Source: Camelus ferus | Taxonomy: Eukaryota | NCBI RefSeq assembly: GCF_009834535.1 | Contig: NC_045696.1 | Coordinates: 69,194,001-69,258,000 of the forward strand | DNA: 64,000 nt | Direction: 5' to 3' | Part shown: positions 11,801-23,541 of the stretch, in pieces | Layout: each line of letters opens with the position of its first letter | How positions within the stretch are numbered: position 1 is the stretch's first letter | Made by a program: the position numbers and the translations under genes | Notes under the pieces: generated by a model | What the model saw: only the letters and a program-made list of their open reading frames with translations | Database searches by the model: none | What the model was told of the DNA's origin: nothing

Positions 11801-14049
11801 AGGGCGATAGTGATATTGTGGAAAAGCACCTATGGATCCTGCCCTGTTCCCTGTGCTAGTGGCCAACCCGAGGAAATCCACAAGGCCGGACGCGGGGATG
11901 AGGAGCTGTAGGCACAGGTCAGAGTAGTCGACTGGCAGCTAAGTGCTGGGAGGTGGTGAGCCAGGCAGGGAGGTGCTGGAGTGCAACTCAGGAGTTTCCC
12001 TGGGAGGGGATTTGCATGGGCATTTAAATAATTGCCTTTGCTCGGTGGTCCTGGAGCACCTCCAGGTGAGCACCTGCCACTGACCAGGCGTCTGTTTCAG
12101 GCAGTGGTACAGGCCTCGCACTCCAATGTGCTCTGTGCTGGGGGTAATGCTCTGCTGTGGCTGTCTTGAAACTCTTAATAATTTTTGAACAAAGGCCCTT
12201 ATGTTTTCATTTTGCATCAAGCCATGAAATCATGTAGCTGGTCCTGTTACTAAGAGGAACCAAGCCTGCAGGCATTCAGGGGAGAAGGGGGAGAATAATT
12301 CCCCTCTGAGGTGGGCAGGAGAGAGGAAAGAAGCTGTCATGAATGAGGATGCATTTTGAATTCGACCATGGAGAATGAGCAGGATTTGGACAGGTAGAAA
12401 TGAGAGTATGGCTGTCTGGTTGGAAGAAATATGCTGGCGAAGTTGAGAGGTAGAGCAGTCTAGACTGTGTTTGGGGAATGGTAAGAAACCCTTGCGAATG
12501 TGGGGCCCCCGTTCCTGAGCTCTGCTGGGACAGCGTGGTGCTCCGTGGGCCCTTCACAGGGCAGCCTTTACTCAAGGCTTTTCTTGGTCCTTTCCTCCAG
12601 GTTCCATTCTGCAAGATGCTTGTTCAATGAATACATTAAATTTAGCCGTATTATTCATAGAAACCATGAACCAAGGCAGGGAGGCAGGAGAGGCAGATAT
12701 AACAAAGAATCAAATAGAAAATTTTCGTTGGAAAGTATGCTTATTGAAATAAAAATGAAAAATACTTCAACGTGTCAAATGGTAGATCAAACACAGACCA
12801 AGAAAAAATTCAATCAGGAAGCCCTATCTTCTAACTTGCTCTCTCTCTCGGTCCTTTTAGAACACAGTTCTGTGTGGGGATTTGCACAGCAGGCACATGG
12901 TGGAAGCAGAATCCTGACCAGGGTCCACATCCTGTCCTCTGCCTGCTACTCCATACTGCAGTGGTCCTCATTTCAGTCCTTAGTGGTGGGTTTCCCCAAA
13001 CAGAAGCCTGGAGTGGTCCAGAAAGCACGTTGGCACTTCTAAATTTAGCTATAGTCATACCCTGGCCATGCCGAGGAGAGACAGCATAAAAGGAAAAAGG
13101 CATTTTTCTTTTAAGCATCTCACAGTCTCTATCCCCAACCTCATTACCCTAAAATATGCATTTAAAGTTCTATTTCTAGTTTTTGTTGTATTTTCATTTG
13201 ATTTTCATAAATATTACACTCTGCCACTTGATCCACATGCCTTGATTTTTCTTTTCCTATGTAAATGCACCATGGCTTCTAAAAGTTGGAGCTCCCGTTC
13301 CTCAGTTAAATGAGACAGAGTTACATAGATAGCTAGTAGGTTTTGTGTAGTCCCAGAGCCTCAGCCTCCTCCTAGGCTGTGTTGCTGTGTGTCTGGGGAT
13401 TGGTGAGACAGGGCACCACCTGCAGGAGGAGTGGGGAGCCTTCTGGGGCAGAACCCACCTCCTTGAAATAGAGCCAGGATCGACAGGCCTGCCTGGTACT
13501 GAAGCCTCCTGTCTGTCACTCAGATTTGTCTCCTGGCCTGGCCCTGCTTTGAACTCATTCTCTGAGATCTGTTAAGAGAAAGAACTGAAAAGGGGCTGTC
13601 CCCAGAGGACTTCAGGAAGTTCAAGCATTTCTGTTTTGATGCGTGTTTACAGTCTATAGCACAGAAGAGCAAAGAGACCTTCTCCCACGGTCTGCACAGA
13701 ATTCCACATGGCCCTGGGTGCTCTGTGGCCTCAGCTGGGGCAGGAGAGGACAATGTCCATCAGTTGGAGTGGTGCCCAGGACAAGGACCAGCAGTTCCTG
13801 GGAGCAGACAGCAGTGTCCAGGGCAGGCAGTGGTGCCCAGGACAAGGGTCAGTGGTGCCCAGGGGCAGGCAGTGCACTCTGCAGAAGAGAGGTATGCTCT
13901 CATTGTCCCCATGTCATTTGATTGCTGTTAGAAAGTCAATTCCACTCACTGCAAATAGCTAATATACAGCATATCTTGAGAAGTGAACAGAGAATGTAAC
14001 ATTTAACCAAAAGAAATTTGGAAGCATTGTGTTTAAGAAGGAACAGGAA

Positions 14050-14224
14050 GATAAACAAACGTCCTACTGTATAGCACAGAGAACTATATTCAATATCTTG
14101 TAATAGCCTATAATGAAAAAGAATATGAAAAGGAAGATGCATATATGTATAACGGAATCACTGTGCTGTACACCAGAAATTAACACAGCATTGTAAACTG
14201 ATTACCCCTCAAGGAAAAAAAAAA
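14050..14224 (+). mobile_element. 5'-truncated L1 3' UTR with poly(A) tail
   Basis: gtcctactgtatagcacagagaactatattcaatatcttgtaata...aacacagcattgtaaactg then A-run; imperfect TSD AAGGAACAGGAA / AAGGAATAGGAA. Confidence 0.8.
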
Positions 14225-15735
14225 AAGGAATAGGAAACAGTTATGCAGGAAAGTGTAAAGCAACAGAGACCAGGTTGGACAGAGAGGGACGGGTGGCAGC
14301 ATTATCTCTTTGTGAAAAATCGGAAACTAACAGTTCAAGGTTGATTTACTTTCTGATGTAATATAATGTAAGTCAACATTCAGTTTGTTATTCCTATGCC
14401 TCTGTCCAAGAGCTCAAAGATAAGTCCAGGGAAAAGTTATTGACCAGAGGACCTGGAGGCAGGGCAGGAGGGCACACAGTGGAGTGGATGAGGGCGGGGC
14501 TTCTGCTCTAATTCCACCAGCAATGCCCTTCCTTTGATATGAATGATTAATGTTTCCTCAGTCTAACATGAAATGCTGTGTGAGTTCCACTGTGACAGGC
14601 CACCTGCTCTGCCTGCTACATCCCACCCCAGTCAGGTTACCCTGAGCCATAAGCAGGGTGGCTGTCCAACCTTGATTTTTGCAACTACTTCAATTGCTTA
14701 AAGGTAATTTGCTAAACATTTAAATAAGTGTGATTTAAATTTCAATCCATTCTAACACTTTCCACTCGAATAAATCCGCAAACCAGGGAAAAGTCATCCT
14801 TCAGAGCACCTGTGCTGAGTCTGCAGCAGCCACAATGCACCTGGTGTCCCTGATGACACAGGGGCTGCTTTGCTGCGGCTCTTCTGCTCCCCCAGCTCTT
14901 TGTGCTGCAAAAGGCAATGGCAGGGTCTAGATCCGCAGCTCTGTGGTGTAGGTAGGAGAGGCACATGAGAAGATTTCCAAAGAAGAAGGTGTGCAAAGGA
15001 GGAGGGAGAAGATGATGGAGGCCACGCTCCAGGAATGGAGGAAACAGCTCAGTACTGGAGCTAGCAGCCGTTAGGAATGGTCATTCCATGAACCAGAACC
15101 ATCTTCACAAACACGGGACCAGGGATGAACCAAGCTGTCTCCCTGTATACCCACCTCCATCCCCTACCCCCATAGATTGAAAAAACCCATAGGGTACTGT
15201 GCTGATAAGGAGTCTGAGCCCAGGGTCAGTGGGGAGGGTACGAGGGAACAAGCCTGCACCTCCACCAGCACAAGCTGCACCCCCTCAACCCCACCCCACC
15301 AGCAGAGGCTGGACCCTGGGCTTTAGTGGTTCTCCAGGGCCTCCAAAGTTCACGTACAGAGAGGCTGCTTAATCAATGTGTAATGAATCAATAGAGTATA
15401 TTGTTTTCCTCTTATGTTTCCCTTTGAAGAAGCCTGCAATTGCTCCTAACTTGTCTGAATACCAAATTAAGCCAGTAAAGTCTTCCTCAGTTGAACTCTC
15501 TCCCTCCCGTCTTGGTGTAAGTTTGCCCACTCCCTCTCTACACCAGAGACCTCAGGCTTTCCCCTGGAGGGAGGGAGTCCCCGGAGCCCCTGACTGAGTC
15601 CTGGGGGGAAGGGCCAGATTGATTCAATCAGTAGGGAGAGCTAAAGTGACTCTAGAATAAACTGGAAACCTGGCAAATAGTCAAGTTTCCTTACCTGACT
15701 CCTGTCAGCAGTGTCCCTGTCCCTTCCACAGTAGA

Positions 15736-15751
15736 CAGCGCCCTCTCGTGG
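15736..15751 (-). promoter_or_regulatory. CTCF-like motif
   Basis: Minus strand reads CCACGAGAGGGCGCTG, a close match to the CTCF core CCAC-AG(A/G)GGGCGC. Confidence 0.6.
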
Positions 15752-16670
15752 AAATAAATCTTCCGAACGATATTCCTTGGTCTGGACTTTCCCTCTGGAG
15801 GGTGTTTGCAGTCTGTGCCTGCAAGCTCGGGCTGTGACAGGGACTCTGAGACCAGCCAGCTGGCCAGTGCCCGGTGTCAGCAGTCAGCGTAGGCTGGAAT
15901 TCTGAAGTGGAATAATGCCACCACTCAGAGAAACAACTAATGCATTTTACTATATGAAATGAAAACCCTTAATACATGTCTTAAGAAGATTCTTGGCTCA
16001 AGACTCACAAAACAAATAACCACACAGCAAACAAAAACAAAAACAGACAAACAGAAGTAAAAAGAGGGTAAAACAAACAGGCAGAAATGGGAGAATTTTG
16101 CCAACATACAATCAGAAAAATAATTGTAAAGCTATTTCTAGGGGACTCTAAGCCCAGAACCACGTAAGTAGCCTATATTCTTAGTATGCATGAGTAAGTT
16201 ATTCATTAAAATAAATGGAAAACAGTGAAATGGAAGACAATTCAATGAAGTTTACACTTTAACCATACAGTCAGTACATTCAATAATTTCTACATCTTCA
16301 GTATAAAGGACAAGATACATATACAACTTTTGCCAAAGAAACCCATCTTCTCCCTGTCCCCCTATACACATGTCCAAAGGGGAATGTTTTTCCAATGCAT
16401 GCCGCTGTGTGAGTCCGTCCAGGAAAGACCCACCAGGAACTGGCCAGTCACTGCCCACACTCTCCCTGTAACAACTGGGCCTGTGCCCTGCTCCTCTAGG
16501 TCTCCATGCACATTTCTCAGATTCCTCCTTCATGGAACATTCTCAGGACTCAGCCTAGCTCTACCCACTCCACAGTCCCTTAAGCCATCGTTCTGCACTT
16601 GGCCATGGCCGTTACACATGACATGAGCTTCAGGGGCTTTCATGCAAAGTGTTCCTTCAGTGCTGGATCT

Positions 16671-16774
16671 TAGGCTGACCAACCATCATGGCTTGACTGG
16701 GACTGAGGGGTTTCTGGAATACGGGACTTCCAGTGCTAAAACTGGAAACAAACAGGGATGAATTGGTCACCCTA
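16671..16774. mobile_element. MER81-like hAT-Blackjack MITE
   Basis: Terminal inverted repeats TAGGCTGACCAA...TTGGTCACCCTA, ~104 bp, internal gggactgaggggtttc and cagtgctaaaactgg motifs. Confidence 0.65.
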
Positions 16775-16970
16775 GTGCTGGTGTGGGTCACACCAAGTAC
16801 TGTGTGAGTCTCCACTTTCAGAGCACCAGCTGCAAAAGCCCCATCGAGGCTTCCTGCTGTCTTAGCACCCTGCCAGGTGGCACATTGCAGGTCAGCTCTG
16901 GAAGCACCTGTGTTTATTTCTTGTAAGGTTCTGAGGTTGGTTTGCCTTTCCCCCCTTTAAATTTTAGTAC

Positions 16971-17301
16971 TGTTGATCTAAAACAAATAAACTGAAGATA
17001 TTTCTCCTGCAAAGATGGGTTTATTCAAGATCAGCAGAGAATTGCAATTTGGGGTCTGCAACCAAGGTGAACCACCTGCATGTCTCCACATGGCAAGGGA
17101 AGGTGAACAATTTTACAGAGAGGAAAAGGAAGTTGGGAGGGCTGTAGTAACGGAGTCCATGATTTGTCATTGGCTGGGTCCCTACCAGGAAAGAAAAGTC
17201 TTTCTTCTTCCTGTTGGGCTCTGCTAACGCCACAGGTGAGAGCTCCCTCTTCTGGTCTCCCAACTCAATTTAGTTGAGGTTTCTGTTTATTAATTTTTAC
17301 A
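16971..17301 (-). mobile_element. ERV 3' LTR (class I, MER41/LTR39-like)
   Basis: On minus: polypurine tract AAAAGGGGAAAG (17313-17302) directly followed by TGTAAAAATT...; AATAAA at 17025-17020; ends ...GATCAACA; TG...CA termini, 331 bp. Confidence 0.8.
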
Positions 17302-19432
17302 CTTTCCCCTTTTGATCAAGACCTTTCTCTGAAAGCATCGCTGAGTAAGAGTCAGATTTTCTAGTTTCAATGGCTTTTTGCCCTTCCCTCAGTGTCAGGA
17401 AGGACCTTTCCTGGGTGTGGTGTCTCGTGTTGAAAGGAAAGTGCACAGATTGGAAAGATATTAAGGTCACATTTGAGTAATGAAGAGGTAGGAGGGAGAA
17501 CTCTCAGGCCCCTTTCTATTTAAAGTCCATATTTTATCAAGATCATAGGCCATGGAGATCATCTGAAGTGTTACATCATCATCAAAGATTTGGTGGCAGA
17601 CTTCCAACAGGCCTGGCCTGCGTATCTTGGGAAAGCCATCTCATCAGATGTTGTATGCTTCAGTTCCTGAAAATCTACTTTCGGGTCACCAGATGTGTGC
17701 AGGTCCAGTCAGAGTTCGGCACTTTCTTTAGGTGTGTCACGTGAATCCAAGAGCCTATTGCTTGGAGTTTGGCAGCACAAGAGTTGGTTAGCAGAACCTG
17801 ATAGGGGCCTTTCCATGAGACTGAAGAGAATTCTTCTGGAGATGTCCTTTCCAATAGTCAAAATCTCTGGGTTGCAAGGTGTGATGCTTAGGGTCTTTGT
17901 CTCCAGGGGTACACTGTGAAAAGTGCTTTACCAAAGCATGGTTATTTTTAATAGAAGCAATTAAGCCTTTACAATATTGGGATAGCTCCCTTTTTATCAA
18001 TTGTGGGCCAAAAGAAGCAGGAGCCAAGTGTGTTGGATGTCCTGTGACTCTCTCAAAGGGTGAGAGTTTATGAGTTCCAAAGGCGGTGGAGCTGAGATTT
18101 AGAAGGACCACAGCAATGCTTTTGGCCAAGGTAGTTGGAAGGCCTCTACAGATTTTGCCAATTCAATCTTAATGATGCCATTAGTGTGTTTGACAAAACC
18201 AGAGGACTGAGGGTGGTAAGCACAATGAAAGTGTTGTAAATGCAGCCAAATAGCATAGACTTATCAAAGCACCTGGCCAGTAAAATGTATTCCTTGATCA
18301 CCATGAAATTCAAGAGGGGTCCCTCAGGTAGGGATAATCTTTTTCAAAAGGACTTTAGCCACAGAAAAGGCAAAAGCTTGTCTGGAAGGGAAGGCTTCAG
18401 TTCGGTATGAAAACACATAGCCCATGGCTAAAATGTATTAATCCATTAGATGGAGGAAGTTGAGTGAAATCCATTTGCCATAACTTGAGTTGTCCATCAG
18501 GCAGTTAAAAATATCTAGGAGCAGTGCAAACAGGCTTCCCTGCGTTGTACTTTGCAGAGGTGAGACAAGCAAGGTAGACACTTTTTTACAGCCTTGTTCA
18601 TGTTTCCCCACCAATATTGATTCACAAAGGTTATAATTTTGTCAGGAGACAAATGATTTAATGCATATTCAGTGGTGAGGAGTGGGAATTTTAGAATCTC
18701 TGGTAGGACTGGGTTCTTAGAGCTTTCTTTTTTGATCAAACCAACAGTTGTTGACTTTCCAATCTGTTTGCCTTTTCTGAGCACGATTGTCAGGCCTCTT
18801 TAGCCAGTTTTTCTAAATTATCATTTGGGGAAATATCCGTTTGGCTGCTGTTGGTTCCTTTAAGGGCAGCACCCCTTGCAGAAGTCTCAGCGAGAGGAGT
18901 TTCCTTAATTTTCAGAGAGTCAAGCTTAGAATGCCCCAGGATCTTAACAATAGCTAAAACAGTGGGTAAAAGTATTGCATTCAATAATTCTTGAGCATAG
19001 GAGCCATTTAAAATTTTATTTCCACTGGAAGTAAAGAAGCCACATTGCTTCTACAACATTCCCAAATCATGAGCTAATCCAAAAGCATACCTAATATCAG
19101 TATAAATATTGGCAGTTTTGTCCTTGGCTAAAGTACAAGCCTGTGTAAGAGCGTAGAACTCAGCCTGTTGGGCCAAAGCTGCTGCAGGTAAGGATGCTGC
19201 TTCAGCACCATCAAAAGGAGTTGTAATGGCAAACCCAGCACACAATTTGCCATTGTCACCTTTTAAATAGGAAACGTCAGTGAATCATGAGAAGTCCAGG
19301 TTTCTCAGTGGAATTTCCTATAGATCATCACGAGGAGTCAGGACACGGCTCATCAGTGTTAAGCAGTTGTGAGGGACTTTGTCAGTGATGGAGGGGATAA
19401 GAATAGCCAAGTTACAGTTCTAACAATGTGAA
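17302..19432 (-). mobile_element. Decayed class I ERV internal region: RT tether, RNase H, integrase; env absent
   Basis: Fragments LAQQAEFYALTQACTLAKDKTANIYTDIRYAFGLAHDLGML (RNase H), FVNQYWWGNM...CLPC (integrase Zn finger), LLNLSSTAFGTHKLSPFERVTG and WIHVTHLKK (integrase C-terminus); many stops and frameshifts. Confidence 0.88.
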
Positions 19433-20880
19433 CTAGGGCTTTAACTAAAGACAAAACTGCTAATGTATATACTGGTAGTAGACACACACTCAGTGTTGCC
19501 CATGACTGTGGCATGCTTTAGGGACATAGAATATTTTTAACTTCCTCAGGGTAAAAGGTTAAAAACAGCTCCCATTTTCTAGGACTTTGGAATGCTATGC
19601 AGCTGCTCAAATTCTTGGTGTTAATCAAAATTCCTGGTCACTCAACAACGGACATAGAGGAAAGCAAAGGAAACCATTTGGCTGATGCCACTGTGAAATT
19701 GGCTGCCCTGAAAAGTCCCAAACTGTTGTCAGCACGACGTTGCCTGCTTACAGAATCAGAGTATGAACTGATTACTAAGATATTAGAAGCCTCACAATGC
19801 TCGTTCAGAAGGACTGAGCAAATTGGATTAGGCCAGGCTACACACATAAATTAAAAAGAAACCTCTGGGTAGGGCAAATGGCAGACCTGTCCTCCCTGAC
19901 CATCTACAGAAGTGTATCCTAGAATATATGCATAACCCGACGCACTGAAGCATGGACGCAGTGATTCAGTGCGGAAAACAGTACTACTGGAAACATCTCA
20001 GGTGGCTCACCAAGTACAGCAAAGCCCGAGATCCGCTCTAAAGGTAACCCAGGGAAGCCTGCTCACACTTCCACGGGCCACTTTCTTTTACCCTCAGGAC
20101 ATTTTAAGTTATAGCAAGTAGACTTTATCCAGCTGCCACCATCTTAAGCCCATACATATGTGTTAGTAATGATCTGTATGTTCCCTCATTGGATGGAAAG
20201 CTTTCCTTGTCACAGAGCCACATCCATGGCAGTAAGTAAAGTTTTAATCGAAAGAAGTACTCCTACTTGGGGCATATCCTCTGAGCTTCAAAGCAATAGA
20301 GACTCCCATTTTATTGGTCAAATAATCCGATCTGTTTGTAAAATTTGACCCACCTTACAACACCTCAATTGCACTTATCACCCCCAATTATCAGATCTGG
20401 TGGAACACATAGTGGAATAAAAAGAAAAAAAACAACCCAGCTAGTCAAATTTGTTGAGTTGCTCCAGCTACCCTGACCCAAGGCATTGCCTATGGTTTCC
20501 TCAACCTAAGGTCCATTCCTGGCTTTAAAGAGCGGTTATCTTTTTTCAAGATCATCACTGATAGGTCCATGAGGCTTGATGAAGGAATGTACGAATTTGC
20601 CCTTATTGAAGGACACTTCTTGGTTCACTGTAAAGAACTCACCAGGGCCTTAAAAGCGAATTCACAGTTTGTGGAACAATCCTTTCACAGCACGTTCCCA
20701 GGAGATGAAGACCTACATCAACATAACCTTCAGCCTAATGACTATGCTTACTAGGAACGCCCTTCAACCTCAGTGGAAGGAACACTACCAGATATTGTTA
20801 AACTAATCCTCATGCAGCTAAACTCAAAAGCATTGGTCTGTCGATTCATGCTTCTCCTTTAAAGAAGGCCCCCTGCACTC
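19433..20880 (+). mobile_element. Second decayed class I ERV pol fragment (RNase H C-half to end of integrase), opposite orientation
   Basis: KDKTANVYTGSR...AHDCGML, IKIPGHSTTDIEESKGNHLADA (RNase H), QVDFIQLPPS...VLVMICMFPHWMESFP...SELQSNRDSHFIGQ (integrase core), LQPNDYAY...PQWK...LKKAP (C-terminus). Confidence 0.88.
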
Positions 20881-22239
20881 ATCTGGGCCTCGCCAGTTTC
20901 ATGGTGATAGTAACTGGGACATCACCCTTATGATCATCAAGCTGCTCACCTTGCTTCCTGTGACCCTAGCTTCTCTTTTGTAGCAGTTGCTGAGCAGAAT
21001 TAGGGGATGGTCCCAACTCCCACTAGTGTCAAAATTTCTTTACCAAACCTCAAAACATCAAAACATTCAACTCTTACAATTTGAGGACATAGTTTCTCAC
21101 ATGGCCCTGATGGTGTAAAGCTTTTATTCAACTGACTCTTTAGTTTGTTATAGTTAACTTGCCTGCAAAATTTAGTACAAGTTCCCTTGTAACTGTGTTG
21201 GGAGCCATCGATTCAAGTGACACCTTGACAGTGTTGCTGCCAAATCATGCCTCCCCATCCATGCTGTGGGTGAAACCGGTACAGCCCAACCCTCTCCATC
21301 CAGGTTAAGTCGCTTCCCCTACCCTTAGCACTGTGCAGTAATGTGGCCGGTTTCTCTCCAGGGGCATTTTGCACCCACAAGCATATAAGAGCTGTGAAAA
21401 CTGTTACTTACACACACACACACACTAGGCACTTGGCATTTTAAAATCTCTTCTGAATGCTCATCACTAATAAAAGTGTTGAATAATCAGGACTGAGAAC
21501 ATAGCTGTGTTTGGTGTCAGCCGAGACTACCCCCCTTTCGGTTTGGCATTGATTTATTAATCAACAACATGTTCAACCATAATTAGTGAGTTACAAATCC
21601 AACTATATGCTTCTATTTTGTCCCCAAGGCTATAAAGAGATGGATCATCAAATGCCTTGCTGAAAACCTTGTCCATCAGTTTCCTGTTGTCCTAGGTTAG
21701 TGACTGTTAGAAGAGGCAGAGGCTTTAATTACCTGACTTAATCATCTAGTCTGGCTTCTCACAATGCTTTCCACAACTGGTATTGGTTCTCAGGAGCCAT
21801 CTGTTACTTATTTTTATTTTTTTATTTTTTGGCAGAATTGTTCTCTAAATCAAAATCCAGCCCACGTGGAACCTACCTTCTCCACGCTAGGATTAAGTGA
21901 GGCTAACAGAGGCGGGCAGGCACAGTCAAGGTGCATTATTTATTTGAGTGTGCACTGAAATTTATCGTTATTGTTGTTTTACTTAAGAGCTTGATTTTTG
22001 GTGGCAATGACCAGAAAATGACCTTTTAAAAAAGTCCGAAGTCCCAGGGCTGACTCTGAAGCAGCACAGCACTATTTTCAGTGCCACCTGGGGACAAACA
22101 TCATGCATTGCAGAGCGGAGGAAGTAGGGGGGAAAATCATAAACTTTGCAAACCTTAGTTAAGCAACATACAGATAATAACTCGCTCCTTTTTGCATATC
22201 TGTCCCCAATCCAGGAATTCCAGTTGTGACTTTCCAATT

Positions 22240-22385
22240 ATCCCATGACCCTGTGAAATAGGTACTATCATTATCACCATTTTACAGATGGAGAAATTGA
22301 AGCACAGCTTGTAGGTGGTAGAACTGGAATTTTATTCTAAGCAGTTCGATTCTAGAGCATATACATTTTAACCACTATACTACAT
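22240..22385 (-). mobile_element. MIR SINE fragment
   Basis: Core ccattttacagatggagaaattgaagcacag and 5' end ttttaaccactatac. Confidence 0.65.
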
Positions 22386-23204
22386 AAAACCTCCAATTTT
22401 GCATCTGTCAGAAAGAATGATGTTTGAAATGTAGAGAATGAACATTGGTAAGACGAAATGGAAGCCCAAGAGGGAAGTGCTGATTACAAGAAACATTTTA
22501 ACACTTTGAAGGAAATTATGTTTTCTAGACTAGACAAAATCCCAGAGTACTGGAAGGAATATAGAGGCGGTTGCTAAACACATCTGTGGTTTTAAGACAC
22601 AGAGAAGTAATGAGAGGCTGAAAGACTGGGGATGGGCAATTTTTCCAAAAGTTAAGAACATCTCAGTCAACTTAGGCATCATTTGTAAACACCTAGATGA
22701 GAAAGTGCTGGTCCCTAGGACCCAACATGGGCTCACTACGAATAAGTCATGTCAGATGCACCTCATTTCCTACAATAGGCTATTGTGTAAATGGATTTCA
22801 ACAAGGCCTCACAGCGTAACCTTGTGGCCATGATAAGAAATATGGCTACATGCAAAATTATTTTCATGGCGGTCAATATGACTATGTGCTGATGTTTTGG
22901 TGAATAACAACATGGAGAGAGGCGTTCAGTGGCAAAATCCAAGAGTGAGCCTTCAGTTCTCTGGTCAGCACTTTTCTCCACTGGATAAAAATCTTGACGT
23001 CTCAGCCGGCACAGAGGACAGACAGCATCAGGTAGGGAGGCACAGACAGAGTATCGGATGGTTGAGATGGGATCCTGAAATATCTTAAAACAGTCTAGAC
23101 CACTGGACTGAACTGGAAGAGAGGTCATTGAATAGGGATGACTAGGAGGCCCTTCATCCCAAAGTCCTAGTCAACTTCTCCCATGTTGAGAAGTAACCTG
23201 GCAT

Positions 23205-23541
23205 CAGCAGCACCAATAAAATTATAACATGAACTACACACGTAGTTTTAAATTTTCTAGTAGACACATTTTAAGAAGTAAAAACAAAACTAAAACCACC
23301 TCAGGTGAATTTTAATAATCTGTTTTATTTATCATTTAAAAAATATAGTTTACCAAATATACCCAGAATACTATCATTTTGACATGTAATCAATATATAA
23401 AATGATTGAGATACTTTACATTCTTTTTTGTAGTAAGTCTTCAAAGTCCAGTGTGTATTTTACACTCATAGTTCCTCTCAGTTCACGCCAGCCGCATCTC
23501 AAGTGCTCAGAAGCCACGTATGGCTACCATATCGGACAGAG
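23205..23541. mobile_element. MER33/MER3-like hAT-Charlie relic
   Basis: ttttaaattttctagtagacacattt...catctcaagtgctcagaagccacgtatggctaccatatcggacag. Confidence 0.65.

Noticed and set aside
13768..13872. Repeat-spacer-like pattern as a CRISPR array
   Set aside because: Mammalian DNA, three short irregularly spaced units, spacers themselves repetitive, no cas genes
17788..20754. ERV ORF fragments as a domesticated or functional pol gene
   Set aside because: Both pol units are broken by many stops and frameshifts; the longest piece is 113 aa and catalytic motifs are degraded
20880..21200. Possible env or LTR for the plus-strand ERV fragment
   Set aside because: No clear PPT-TG boundary, no similarity to the 16971-17301 LTR, no env motifs recognised
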